From assembly GCA_965277285.1 (NCBI GenBank), contig OZ255721.1, positions 2,272,001 to 2,336,000 of the forward strand: 64,000 nucleotides of DNA. The letters run 5' to 3'. This DNA is from Abditibacteriaceae bacterium (lineage in GTDB: Bacteria; Armatimonadota; Abditibacteriia; Abditibacteriales; Abditibacteriaceae). The position numbers and the translations under genes were made by a program. Positions 51,375 through 61,279 of this stretch are shown here, in pieces. The notes under the pieces were generated by a model. It was given only the letters and a program-made list of their open reading frames with translations, had not been told where the DNA came from and searched no databases. Position 1 is the stretch's first letter; every line of letters starts with the position of its first letter.

Positions 51375-52172
51375 ATGACCAAACCTTTTCTCGTCGCGGC
51401 CTTTTACAAATTCGTCGCGCTGTCCGATGTCGAGACTCTGCGACAATCGTTGCGAGAATTGTGTGAAGAAAACGCGATTTGCGGCACGATTTTGTTGGCG
51501 CACGAAGGCATCAATGCCACAGTTTCAGGCCATGAACAATCGCTGCATCGAGTACTCGAAGTGTTGCAAAACAACGCACAAATCGGCGCATTAAACATCA
51601 AGTTCTCAGCGCACGACGAACAACCGTTTGCGCGCTTGAAAGTGAAAATCAAACCGGAAATTGTGACCTTGGGACTTCCCGCAATCAGCCCGACCAAAGC
51701 TGTCGGAACTTATATCAAACCCCAAAGCTGGAACGAACTGATCGCTGATCCCGAAGTTTTGGTTCTCGATACGCGCAATGCTTACGAAGTCGAGGTCGGC
51801 ACTTTCGAGAACGCGCTGAATCCGCAGACAAAATCGTTTCGCCAGTTTCCAAAGTTCGTCGCAGATAACTTGCAAACGAGCAAGCAGAAACGCATTGCGA
51901 TGTTTTGCACTGGCGGCATTCGCTGCGAAAAAGCGTCCGCGCTGTTGCTGGAACAAGGCTTCGAGAACGTTTATCATCTTGAAGGCGGCATCTTGAAGTA
52001 TCTCGAAGAAGTTGCGCCGGACGAAAGTTTGTTCAACGGCGAATGTTTCGTGTTCGATGAACGCGTCGCGCTCGACCACGAATTGCAACGCGGACAATTT
52101 GTCTTGTGCGCAAAATGTGGCCAGCCGGTGCAGGAAGGCGAAACGCTGTGCGAAGGATGCCGCCAATTATGA
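51375..52172 (+). CDS. trhO: tRNA uridine(34) hydroxylase / UPF0176 rhodanese
   Basis: FYKF, GTILLAHEGINAT, DTRNAYE, MFCTGGIRCEK and CFVFDER. Confidence 0.9.
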   Translation: MTKPFLVAAFYKFVALSDVETLRQSLRELCEENAICGTILLAHEGINATVSGHEQSLHRVLEVLQNNAQIGALNIKFSAHDEQPFARLKVKIKPEIVTLGLPAISPTKAVGTYIKPQSWNELIADPEVLVLDTRNAYEVEVGTFENALNPQTKSFRQFPKFVADNLQTSKQKRIAMFCTGGIRCEKASALLLEQGFENVYHLEGGILKYLEEVAPDESLFNGECFVFDERVALDHELQRGQFVLCAKCGQPVQEGETLCEGCRQL

Positions 52173-52852
52173 TAATCAAGCCGCATTCCAAACTTCTTTT
52201 CATTGGCGCGTCCGTCACCGATTGTGGGCGAGATCGCGCCATGCGCCAAAACTTCGTCGATGCGACCGACTTTGACGCGAGCGAAAACAACGCGCTGGGC
52301 AACGGCTACGTTTATTTCGTTGATGCTTTGCTTGGCTCGCAGCCTATCGAGTACTCGATTCAGGTTGTCAACAAAGGTAACGGTGGCGAAACCAGCCGCG
52401 ATGTGCGCGCTCGCTGGCAACGCGATGTCTTGGATTTGCAACCCGACTGGGTTTCTCTGATGATCGGCGTCAACGACATTTGGCGGCGCTTCGACAGTCC
52501 GCAGCAACCCGAATTAGCTGTGTCATTGGATGAATATGAAGCCAATATCCGCGACGTTGTGAAACGCACGCGTCCGCACGTCAAAGGCTTTCTCTTGGCG
52601 ACGCCGTTCTTTCTCGAGCCATCGCACGACGATGCAATGCGCGCCCAATTCGATTTGTATCACGAAGTTTTGCGCAGGATTGCGCGCGAAGAAGACGCCA
52701 TTTTCGTTGATATTCAAGCCGCTTTTGATCGAGTACTCGAAACGCGTCCTTCGACAACTTTAGCGCCCGACCGCATTCATCCCAATCACGTTGGGCACAT
52801 GATCGCGGCTCGCGCGTGGCTCGAAGCCGTCGACTTCCGCTGGAGAAAATAG
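52169..52852 (+). CDS. SGNH/GDSL hydrolase (copy A)
   Basis: FIGASVTD, NKGNGG, IGVND and DRIHPN. ATGA overlap with trhO. Confidence 0.9.
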   Translation: MIIKPHSKLLFIGASVTDCGRDRAMRQNFVDATDFDASENNALGNGYVYFVDALLGSQPIEYSIQVVNKGNGGETSRDVRARWQRDVLDLQPDWVSLMIGVNDIWRRFDSPQQPELAVSLDEYEANIRDVVKRTRPHVKGFLLATPFFLEPSHDDAMRAQFDLYHEVLRRIAREEDAIFVDIQAAFDRVLETRPSTTLAPDRIHPNHVGHMIAARAWLEAVDFRWRK

Positions 52853-52956
52853 CCACAAAAAACACAGAGAACACAAAGAAAAGAAAGATTGATCCCTCGA
52901 TGAGTGAAACTCTTTCTTTGAAGCCTTTTTGTGTTCTCTGTGCTCTTTGTGGCTAT
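52849..52956. repeat. Palindromic intergenic element (ATAGCCAC...GTGGCTAT), inverted copy at 55974-56063
   Basis: Shared terminal inverted arms. The interior ...CTCGATGAGTGAAACTCTTTCTTTGAAGCC appears reverse-complemented in the second copy. Confidence 0.85.
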
Positions 52957-53000
52957 TTGTTGTTTCTGACGAGCGGCTTTTACATTCTATAAGGAGAACC

Positions 53001-55178
53001 ATGAAAAGACGGAGTTTTTTTCGCATTCGAGTACTCGTTTCGGCTTCTGTTGCGCTTGGCGCCATTTTGTGCGGGACGAGTATCTCCAAAGCGCAAACGT
53101 TGAACTACAGCACGACGTGGCTGGGCAACACGTTTGGTGGCGGCGCCAATTGGGTGCAGAACTCCGTCGAGGGAATATGGGTCGCGCCCGATGGCACGGT
53201 TTATACGGCCAGTGGTTGGGATGAAGGCGGGCGCGAGTTCGGAATCTACCGCGACGGGCGGATTGCCGGTACCATTCCCGACACGCATGGTTGGGGAACC
53301 GGCGGCGGTCAGGCCATTGTCGCGGACGACAACTATATCTTCATCGCGCACACGCACGGCAACGAAGGCGGTGGCTTGAAAGGCGAGCCGTATCCGCCCA
53401 AGGGATTCGACTGGATCGTTGTTTCGCGGCGCCACAAAGATGGTTCGCACGCGCCGTTCGCGGGCGGCAAAGGTCGTTTCGGCGATATGCTGGTGTTGCA
53501 TGAAGTGCCAAACGGCACCAATGCGCCGATACGCGGTTTAGCTTTGGACAGGCAAGATCGCCTTTATGTCAGCGACGGGCAAAGCGGCGAAATCAAAGTC
53601 TTCGACAGCGAGAAGATGACGCCAGTTGCTTCCTGGAAAGTGCCGCGTCCGCAATCTCTGGCCTTCGATGCGCGCGGATTTCTGTGGGTTTTGCAAGAAG
53701 GCGAAAACGGCGGCGCTTGGAACGCTTTGTGTTTTTCGCGCGATGGTGTTTTACAGGCGCCGCAACTTCAATTTGCGCTCGCTGTCCTCCCTACGTCGCT
53801 GGCCTTCGATGCCAAAAACACGCTTTATGTGACAGACAATGGTCACGCGCAGCAGGTTTTGATTTACACGAACTGCGCGACCAATCCACAACTGGCGCGC
53901 ACTTTTGGCGAGCGTGACGGAATCTTTGGCGGCAAAACTTCGGGCAAAAGCGCGCCGCAGCGTTTCAGTGGCCCAACTGGTGTCGGCGTCGATGCGAGCG
54001 GAAACTTGTATGTCGGTTGCACTCAATCTGGCGGCGGAACGGTTTTGCGCTCGTTCGATCTCAAAGGCAAAATGCGCTGGGCATTGTTGGGACTGGAGTT
54101 CGTCGATGGCGCCGATGTGGATCCCTCTTCCGACGGCGCTGATGTGTGGACAACCAAAAATCGCTATTCGCTCGATTGGAGCAAGCCCGCGGGCAAACAG
54201 TGGACGTGGCGTTCTCGAACCGTCGATCCGTTTCGCTTTCCCGACGATCCGCGATTGAACCAGGGGCATCACGATTTCGCGGGCGCGCTTTTTCGGCGTC
54301 TTGGTGGAAAGCCGTTTCTTGTCGTGCGCGGAATGTTTCAACACGCGCTGGTAATTTATCGAATCCAGGGCGAAATCGCGGTTCCCAGCGTGATGTTTTC
54401 TAAAGGCCCGTATCTCAATGGGCGCTGGAAACAAGTGCCTCAACCCGCCAATGGACGCTGGATGTGGCGCGATCTCAATGGCAACGGCGGCTTTGAAGCC
54501 AACGAATTTTTGGATGTCGGCGAGGAAAACGATCCCGAATCGTGGGCGTGGTGGATGGACGAGCAGGGCGGCATCTGGCAAGGACAACAAGACGGCGCGC
54601 AGCCGATTCGCTATTATCCGTTACAAGGACTGGATCGCGTGGGCAACCCACTTTACAGCCGCGCGACTTCAAAAACCTTTGATTTGCCCGCACCGCTAAA
54701 TCATTTATTACGCATCGAGTACTCGACACGCGACGACGTGATGTATCTGACCGGATATACGACCGATCACCCGAAAATCGGCGGTGAGTGGGGCCAAGTC
54801 GGAACCGAAGTGTTGCGTTTCGACAACTGGAGCAAAGGCAATCGCGCTCCTCGCTGGCGCATCGCTTTGCCTTATCAGTCTGAAACCGCCGTTCAGAACC
54901 CCGGTTCTTCCGTTTCCAATGCGACTATCAAATCGTTTTGCGTGGCGGGCGATGCCGCTTTTGCCGTCGAATCGCGCACTGCGAAAGTTCATGTTTACGA
55001 CACGCGAACGGGCGTTAAACTGGGCGAAATGACGCCTGGCGCGGAAGTTTCCAGAGAAAGCGGCTGGGTCGATTTTCCCGATGCGATTCGCGCTTTTCGC
55101 CGCAAAAATGGCGAGTATCTCGTCTTTGTCGAAGAAGATGCAAAAGCCAAGATCATCGTTTATCGCTGGAAACCCTGA
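53001..55178 (+). CDS. Secreted NHL/SMP-30-like beta-propeller protein
   Basis: Signal peptide and repeated LAFD..LYV / GVDASGNLYV blades. AAGGAG RBS. Confidence 0.65.
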   Translation: MKRRSFFRIRVLVSASVALGAILCGTSISKAQTLNYSTTWLGNTFGGGANWVQNSVEGIWVAPDGTVYTASGWDEGGREFGIYRDGRIAGTIPDTHGWGTGGGQAIVADDNYIFIAHTHGNEGGGLKGEPYPPKGFDWIVVSRRHKDGSHAPFAGGKGRFGDMLVLHEVPNGTNAPIRGLALDRQDRLYVSDGQSGEIKVFDSEKMTPVASWKVPRPQSLAFDARGFLWVLQEGENGGAWNALCFSRDGVLQAPQLQFALAVLPTSLAFDAKNTLYVTDNGHAQQVLIYTNCATNPQLARTFGERDGIFGGKTSGKSAPQRFSGPTGVGVDASGNLYVGCTQSGGGTVLRSFDLKGKMRWALLGLEFVDGADVDPSSDGADVWTTKNRYSLDWSKPAGKQWTWRSRTVDPFRFPDDPRLNQGHHDFAGALFRRLGGKPFLVVRGMFQHALVIYRIQGEIAVPSVMFSKGPYLNGRWKQVPQPANGRWMWRDLNGNGGFEANEFLDVGEENDPESWAWWMDEQGGIWQGQQDGAQPIRYYPLQGLDRVGNPLYSRATSKTFDLPAPLNHLLRIEYSTRDDVMYLTGYTTDHPKIGGEWGQVGTEVLRFDNWSKGNRAPRWRIALPYQSETAVQNPGSSVSNATIKSFCVAGDAAFAVESRTAKVHVYDTRTGVKLGEMTPGAEVSRESGWVDFPDAIRAFRRKNGEYLVFVEEDAKAKIIVYRWKP

Positions 55179-55318
55179 AGGGCGCCGTTCGCTGCATACT
55201 GGAACAAGGCTGAAGGCGCGCTCTACCATGAATTGCAGCGTGGACAATTTGTTTTGTGCGTCAATTGTGGGCAACCGGTGCAAGAAGGCGAAACGCTATA
55301 TGAAGAACCCCGCCAATT

Positions 55319-55972
55319 ATGATAATCAAGCCTCATTCCAAAGTTATTTTTATTGGCGATTCCATTACTAACAGTGGCCGCATGCAACCGCAGGGTGAAG
55401 GCTTGTGCGGCGCAGTTGGAAAACGTCCAGGCTACGTTCAATATGTGGACGCTTTGTTGAACGCTGTTTATCCTAAACGCGCGATTCGCGTGGTTAATAA
55501 AGGCCATGGTGGCGATACGGTTCATGAACTCAAAGCGCGTTGAAACGACGATGTTCTCGAACTACGTCCCGATTGGCTCTCGGTGATGATTGGCATCAAC
55601 GATATATGGCTCCAGTCAGACCACTTAAAACAAAACGATTTTCAAGTTTTAACCGATGAGTATGAAACGATTTTGCGCGAGTTAGTATCACAAACGCGCC
55701 CAACCCTGCAAGGCTTGGTTCTGATGGCGCCTTTCATAATCGAAAACAATCGTAGCAACCAAATGTGCATCCATGTGGAGCAATATGGCGAAATTGTGAG
55801 GCAAATTGCGCAGCAACACGGCGCTATTTTTGTGGATACGCAAGCCGCGTTCAATCGAGTACTCGAACACGAGCCTGCAAGTGCGTTGACTTGGGACAGC
55901 ATTCATCCCAATCATATCGGGCACATGATTGTGGCTCGCGCGTGGCTCGAAGCCATCAACTTTCACTGGTAG
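55319..55972 (+). pseudogene. SGNH/GDSL hydrolase (copy B) with in-frame TGA at 55541-55543
   Basis: ORFs 55319-55543 and 55583-55972 share a frame. LKAR* corresponds to RARW and KARW in the other two copies. Confidence 0.85.
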
Positions 55973-56063
55973 GATAGCCACAAAGAACACAAAGAGGCTT
56001 CAAAGAAAGAGTTTCACTCATCGAGGAATCAATCTTTGTGTTCTCTGTGTTTTTTGTGGCTAT

Positions 56064-57335
56064 TCATTCGTGACGCAAAGCCGCCAACGGATCAAGCCGT
56101 GCGGCGCGGTTGGCGGGATAAACGCCTGCTAAAACGCCGATCAGCAAAGCGAAGAACAAGGCTTGCACTATCAAAATCGGCGTGATGATGAACAAGTTGT
56201 CGGGCAATGGCAAGGCGCGTTGTTTCGCCAGGTGCAGCGCCAAGGCGTTCAATCCGCGACCCAAAAGCCAACTTAAAACCAGGCCGACGGCGCCGCCTAT
56301 CAAGCCGATAAAACCCGCTTCCATCATAAACATCTGGCGAATGTCGCCGCGACTGGCGCCCATCGCTTTCAACGTCCCGATTTCGCGCGTCCTTTCGTAA
56401 ATCGACATAATCATGGTATTGACGATGCCGATGCAGGCGACCAGCAGCGCGATGCTCGAAACCATAGCCAGCATCGCCGTGATGACCGTAAAAATGCGGT
56501 CAGCGACATTCAGAATCGCATCAATCGATTGAACTTGATACTTTTCGCCGCGCAAGCGCGTCACCAGAACTTTGGCGGTGCTGACATCAACCGCGCGCAA
56601 ATTCACCGAATCGTAGCCTTGCGTTTGAACGATGTTCGGCGCATTGAACCACCAGCTTTTAATCGCCAGTCGGTCAGCGTCGGAAACTTTGGCGTTGGCC
56701 GTGTTTCCTTCCGTAATACCCACTAATTTCAAAGCAAAGGTTTTCTTTTCGCCGCGCGGCGCATAAAGCGTCAAATCGAAGGATTTGCCCAGCACTTTCG
56801 AGTACTCGATTTTGGGAACATCGGCGTCTTCCAGCGTGCCGCGGCTGAGCGTCATCGTGCCGCGTGTCGAAGCCACCTGGCCGATGGCGGCAGTCGGGGC
56901 AGAAACTCCGGCAAAGGGGCCGCGACGACGCTCGCCATCGCCCGACAATTGAACGGAAACGATTTGCCCTTTGAGTTTGACGCTGGCCTCGATGCCAAAC
57001 GGCAGCGTGACTTGCGGCTCGATTTCGCGCACTTCGGGCCACGCTTTCCAACGCTTGATGTCGGCGTCCGTGATGATTTTGCTGCGCTTGCCGCCTTGAA
57101 ACGGATTGAAATCGCTTTCATCGGTCGCCTGCTCGGTTTTTGGCGAAACCACGACGCGATCCAGGCCGATTTCCTCGAACTGCTTTTGCACTTGAGCGCG
57201 CACGCCGTTGACTAGCGAAATCATCGTCACCACGGTCATAATGCCGACGATGACGCCAATCGAAGTCAAAACCGTGCGCACCTTGCGCCGCCCCAGATTT
57301 GAAACCGCCGTTCCCGCCTTATCGCGCAACGTCAT
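56064..57335 (-). CDS. ABC transporter permease (MacB/FtsX family)
   Basis: RTVLTSIGVIVG and GIVNTMIMSIYERTREIGTLKAMGA...PANRAARLDP. Confidence 0.93.
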   Translation of the reverse strand: MTLRDKAGTAVSNLGRRKVRTVLTSIGVIVGIMTVVTMISLVNGVRAQVQKQFEEIGLDRVVVSPKTEQATDESDFNPFQGGKRSKIITDADIKRWKAWPEVREIEPQVTLPFGIEASVKLKGQIVSVQLSGDGERRRGPFAGVSAPTAAIGQVASTRGTMTLSRGTLEDADVPKIEYSKVLGKSFDLTLYAPRGEKKTFALKLVGITEGNTANAKVSDADRLAIKSWWFNAPNIVQTQGYDSVNLRAVDVSTAKVLVTRLRGEKYQVQSIDAILNVADRIFTVITAMLAMVSSIALLVACIGIVNTMIMSIYERTREIGTLKAMGASRGDIRQMFMMEAGFIGLIGGAVGLVLSWLLGRGLNALALHLAKQRALPLPDNLFIITPILIVQALFFALLIGVLAGVYPANRAARLDPLAALRHE

Positions 57336-57363
57336 AAAGTTTCTCCGTTGTCATTGTTAAAGC

Positions 57364-57426
57364 AGGGCAACCACAAGGGTTGCCCCTACGATGCCGCCGA
57401 TGTAGGGGCAGCCCTTGTGGTTGCCC
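57364..57426. repeat. Inverted pair of GTAG-type REP sequences
   Basis: GGGCAACCACAAGGGTTGCCCCTAC ... GTAGGGGCAGCCCTTGTGGTTGCCC. Confidence 0.8.
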
Positions 57427-57432
57427 ACATTA

Positions 57433-58167
57433 TCAAACTGCCGCCGCATCAAGTACTCGATGCTCCGCCGCGCGCGTTTCGATGCGCTGAATCTTGCCGT
57501 CCAACATATGAACGATGCGGTCGGCGAAAGCGGCGACTTGCGGGTCGTGCGTTACCAAAACCAACGTCACGCCTTGTGTTGCAACGGCGTCGCGCAATAA
57601 ATTCAAAATCTCTTTGCCGGTTTGCGAATCTAAGTTTCCGGTCGGTTCATCGGCCAATAACAAAAGCGGACGATTTGCTAAAGAGCGCGCGACGGCGACG
57701 CGTTGCATTTCGCCGCCCGACAATTGGTTCGGCTTGTGGTCGGCGCGCTTTGCTAAACCGACGGCTTCCAAAAGTTCGAGCGCGCGCGTGCGGCGTTCTT
57801 TCGGTTTGACATCGGCCAGCATGAGCGGCGTTTCAACGTTTTCCACCGCGCTGCGCATCACCAGCAAATTGAACGATTGGAAAATAAAACCAATGCGCTT
57901 GCGCCGATATTGCACCAATTCTTTATCGCTGGCGCGGCCAAGTTCCAAAGCGGCGACGTGAATTTCGCCGCCGCTTGGTCTATCTAAACCGCCCAAGAGG
58001 TTGAGCAAAGTCGATTTGCCCGAACCCGAAGGCCCGACCAGCGCGACGAATTCGCCCTGCGCGACTTCCAAACTGACTCTATCGAGCGCCCGCACAGTTT
58101 CCTGACCAATCGTGTAATGGCGCGCTAAATGGACGGCGCGAATCAAAGGTTCTGAGGGATTTTGCAT
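57433..58167 (-). CDS. ABC transporter ATP-binding protein (LolD/MacB-like)
   Basis: GPSGSGKST, LSGGEMQRV, ADEPTGNLD and VTHD. Confidence 0.95.
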   Translation of the reverse strand: MQNPSEPLIRAVHLARHYTIGQETVRALDRVSLEVAQGEFVALVGPSGSGKSTLLNLLGGLDRPSGGEIHVAALELGRASDKELVQYRRKRIGFIFQSFNLLVMRSAVENVETPLMLADVKPKERRTRALELLEAVGLAKRADHKPNQLSGGEMQRVAVARSLANRPLLLLADEPTGNLDSQTGKEILNLLRDAVATQGVTLVLVTHDPQVAAFADRIVHMLDGKIQRIETRAAEHRVLDAAAV

Positions 58168-58278
58168 GAAAGTTCTTCAATCGAGTACTCAATTAGGTTT
58201 TTGATGTCTGGCGTATCTTTTTCAACGATAATTTACTCGATAAATGTTGAAGCTGCGTATTATTTAACAAAGGACAAC

Positions 58279-58920
58279 ATGAAACTTCAGACATCTCAGA
58301 AACTGCTTTTTATTGGCGATTCGATCACCGATTGTGGACGCGCGCGCTTCGACGAAAAAGGCGCCGATTTGGGCAACGGCTACGTCCGCGATATTGCTGC
58401 GCTACTCGGCGCCACCTATCCCAATTATACGCTGGAAATTGTCAACAAAGGCATCGGCGGCAATACGACGCGCGACCTCAAAGCGCGCTGGGACAATGAC
58501 GTTTCGCGCCTGCATCCCGATTGGTTGACGATCATAATCGGCACCAACGATGTGTGGCGTCAATTCGATGCGCCCGACCAAGACCATGTTCTGCCCGACG
58601 AATTTGAAGCGAATTTGCGCCAACTTATTTCGGGTGTTCCACCGCAGCTTTCCAGCGGTTTGGTGCTGATGACGCCGTTTTTTATCGAGCCATCGCGCGC
58701 CGACCCGATGCGCGCTCGCATGGACGAATACAGCGACATCGTGCGAAAAGTCGCGCGCGAAAGCGACGCCATCTTTGTGGATACGCAAGCCGCCTTCAAT
58801 CGAGTACTCGAAGTTCAGCCGTCGTCCGCGCTGGCCGATGATCGCGTTCATCCAAACGCAATTGGACACATGGTGATTGCGCGCGCCTGGCTGAACGCCA
58901 TCGGTTTCTCGTGGTCGTAA
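58279..58920 (+). CDS. SGNH/GDSL hydrolase (copy C)
   Basis: FIGDSITD, NKGIGG, IGTND and DRVHPN. AAGGA RBS. Confidence 0.92.
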   Translation: MKLQTSQKLLFIGDSITDCGRARFDEKGADLGNGYVRDIAALLGATYPNYTLEIVNKGIGGNTTRDLKARWDNDVSRLHPDWLTIIIGTNDVWRQFDAPDQDHVLPDEFEANLRQLISGVPPQLSSGLVLMTPFFIEPSRADPMRARMDEYSDIVRKVARESDAIFVDTQAAFNRVLEVQPSSALADDRVHPNAIGHMVIARAWLNAIGFSWS

Positions 58921-59036
58921 ACAGAATAAAAGAATTTACCGCAGAGGACGCAGAGATAAAGAGGTGGAAATCGAGTGCTCGAAACCACGAGTTTTGTCAT
59001 TCCAAGAGTATGTAAAGAAAGTAGAAGAAAATGTCG

Positions 59037-59116
59037 AACTCACAGTTTGTCATTCTGAGTGAAACGAAGAATCTAACTTCAACCAGATTCTTCGTTTCAC
59101 TCGGAATGACAAACTT
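59037..59116. repeat. GTCATTC/GAATGAC element, copy 2
   Basis: Near-identical to 14262-14340. Confidence 0.88.
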
Positions 59117-59252
59117 TTACGACGATTCCGTTCTCTTCTTTTGCCTTTGCGCACTTCGTGTCCTTCGCGGTTCAAACTCTTGTGTGAAATTCCATCTTGT
59201 TCCATGCGCCGTTTCCCGTCACACTTCGCCCATCTTTCCACGGAGTTTTTCC

Positions 59253-61133
59253 ATGATCAAAGTCGCTATGATTGGCGCTGGCAGTGTTGTGTTTTCCAAA
59301 AACCTGACCGGCGATATTCTGTCGTTTCCCGAATTCAAAAACGCCACTTTATGTTACATGGACATCGACGAGGAACGCTTGCGCGTCGGCGCCGATTTGT
59401 GTCGCAAAGTCGCTAAAACGCTCGGTGCAAACCCGACCATTGAAGCGACAACCGACCGTCGCAAAGCACTTGAAGGCGCCGATTTCGTCATTAACATGGT
59501 GCAAATCGGCGGCTTCAATTCGACGCTCGTCGATTTTGAAATCCCGCGCAAATACGGCTTGAACTTCACGATTGCCGATACGACGGGGCCGGGCGGATTG
59601 TTCCGTGCGCTGCGCACCTTTCCGATGTTGTCGGGATTAGCGCGCGAAATGGACGAAATTTGTCCGAACGCGACGTTGCTCAATTATTCCAATCCGATGA
59701 GCATGAACATTCAAACCGTGACGCGCACCAGCAACATTCGCGTCGTCGGCTTGTGCCACAGTGTTCAAGGAACACTCGATGAAATCACGCGCTACCTTGG
59801 CGAAAAAAGTGAAGATGTCGCCTTTATCTGCGCTGGCATCAATCACATGGCGTTCTATTTGAAACTGGAAAAAGATGGCGTTGACCTTTATCCGCGCTTG
59901 TTCGAGGCGATGAACGATCCGGCGATTTTCGCCAAGAACAAAGTGCGTTTTGAGTTGATGAAGCGTTTGGGTTATTTTGTGACCGAATCGAGCGAGCATA
60001 ACGCCGAATATTCGCCGTATTTTATTCCTCACGGTCAAAAGATGATCGACAAATACGATGTTCCAATTGACGAATATCTGCGGCGCTGCGACGGCATTGT
60101 CGATGAATTTGAAAGGATGAAAGCGTTCTCCAAAAGCGATGCGCCAATGGAAGTTCATCGCAGTCACGAATATGGTAGCACGATTATTCATTCGATGGTG
60201 ACGGGAAAACCGAGCGTTGTTTATGGCAATATGCCGAACAACGGCGCGATTTCCAATTTGCCGCGCACTTGCATCGCCGAAGTTGCAACGTTGGTGGATC
60301 GCGCCGGTTTGCAGCCAACAACGGTTGGCGAACTGCCGCCGCAATTGGTCGGTTATATGCAGCCGCACATCACGCAGCAGGAATTGTTCATCCGCGCCGC
60401 ATTGGAAGGCCGCCGCGACCACGTTTATCAGGCCGCGATGTTCGACCCGTTGACCGCCGCGACATTGACGCTCGACCAAATCGTCGAAATGTGCGACGAA
60501 CTGATCGAAGCGCAACGTGGCGCTTTGCCGGATTTGGACGCCAAGAAAACCCTTGTTCCGACATCGGGCGAAAGTTTTTCTCCACCAACCGCGCAGCAAT
60601 TGCGCGACAGTTGGGATGCGGCACAAAAACAAAAAACAGCCGACGCGATCGGCGAATGGAAAATTATCGGCCCGTTCAAAGCCGAGAAAAACGACGATTT
60701 GTTGAATCTTCAAACGCCGCTGGAATCCGAAATCGACGGAGATCGAGTACTCGATTTAGCAAAATCTTACGGCGACAGCGCCGACAAAGATAACGCGGGC
60801 GTTTTGAAGTGGAAAGACGCGCAGGCGCATAAAGGTTTTGTCGATCTGGCGAAAGCGTGCGGCGCGATTGAGTATGCGGTCGCTTATGCGTATGCGGAAA
60901 TCGAATCGGTGCATCCACGCGAAACACTTCTCAGATGTGGCAGCGACGATGGCATCAAAGTCTGGATCAACGGCAAAGTCGTCCATGAAAACGCCGTGCA
61001 GCGCAGTCACAAAGCGAACAGCGATCAGGCGCCGATTCACTTGAACGCGGGTGTTAATCGCGTTTTGGTGAAGGTTTCGCAACTCGTTGGCGGCTGGGGC
61101 TTCAGCGTCGAAATTCCTAAAGCCAACTTTTAA
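59253..61133 (+). CDS. melA: GH4 alpha-galactosidase with an extra C-terminal beta-sandwich domain
   Basis: KVAMIGAGSVVF, DTTGPGG, NYSNPM, VGLCHSV, GINHM and TESSEH. About 170 aa C-terminal extension containing GSDDGIKVWING. Confidence 0.82.
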   Translation: MIKVAMIGAGSVVFSKNLTGDILSFPEFKNATLCYMDIDEERLRVGADLCRKVAKTLGANPTIEATTDRRKALEGADFVINMVQIGGFNSTLVDFEIPRKYGLNFTIADTTGPGGLFRALRTFPMLSGLAREMDEICPNATLLNYSNPMSMNIQTVTRTSNIRVVGLCHSVQGTLDEITRYLGEKSEDVAFICAGINHMAFYLKLEKDGVDLYPRLFEAMNDPAIFAKNKVRFELMKRLGYFVTESSEHNAEYSPYFIPHGQKMIDKYDVPIDEYLRRCDGIVDEFERMKAFSKSDAPMEVHRSHEYGSTIIHSMVTGKPSVVYGNMPNNGAISNLPRTCIAEVATLVDRAGLQPTTVGELPPQLVGYMQPHITQQELFIRAALEGRRDHVYQAAMFDPLTAATLTLDQIVEMCDELIEAQRGALPDLDAKKTLVPTSGESFSPPTAQQLRDSWDAAQKQKTADAIGEWKIIGPFKAEKNDDLLNLQTPLESEIDGDRVLDLAKSYGDSADKDNAGVLKWKDAQAHKGFVDLAKACGAIEYAVAYAYAEIESVHPRETLLRCGSDDGIKVWINGKVVHENAVQRSHKANSDQAPIHLNAGVNRVLVKVSQLVGGWGFSVEIPKANF

Positions 61134-61169
61134 GATTCAATTTGTGAAGAAGTAAGAATGAGCATCAGA

Positions 61170-61279
61170 AACTCGCAGTTTGTCATTCTGAGCGCAGCGA
61201 AGAATCTAAACCCGAAGTCAGATTCGGGTGCCCTTTGGGCGGCGGGTGCTCTATGGGCAGGCTCAGAATGACAAACTGC
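61170..61279. repeat. GTCATTC/GAATGAC element, copy 3, with a different and longer interior
   Basis: GCAGTTTGTCATTCTGAGCGCAGCGAAGAATCT...GCTCAGAATGACAAACTGC. Confidence 0.82.

Noticed and set aside
25447..51503. Long antisense ORFs (e.g. 25447-26694, 36519-37526, 41819-42910, 42947-44068, 48981-50300, 50421-51503)
   Set aside because: They are shadows of well-supported genes on the opposite strand in GC-rich DNA and show no recognisable motifs.
5098..55543. Genome-wide TGA=Trp recoding (genetic code 4)
   Set aside because: Many clear genes end at TGA at the expected family length (RND pump, trhO, xfp, A2M), and Trp is encoded by TGG elsewhere.
59031..59252. N-terminal extension of the GH4 ORF
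   Set aside because: It is translated palindromic repeat DNA. The family start MIKVAMIGAGS at 59253 has a GGAG RBS.
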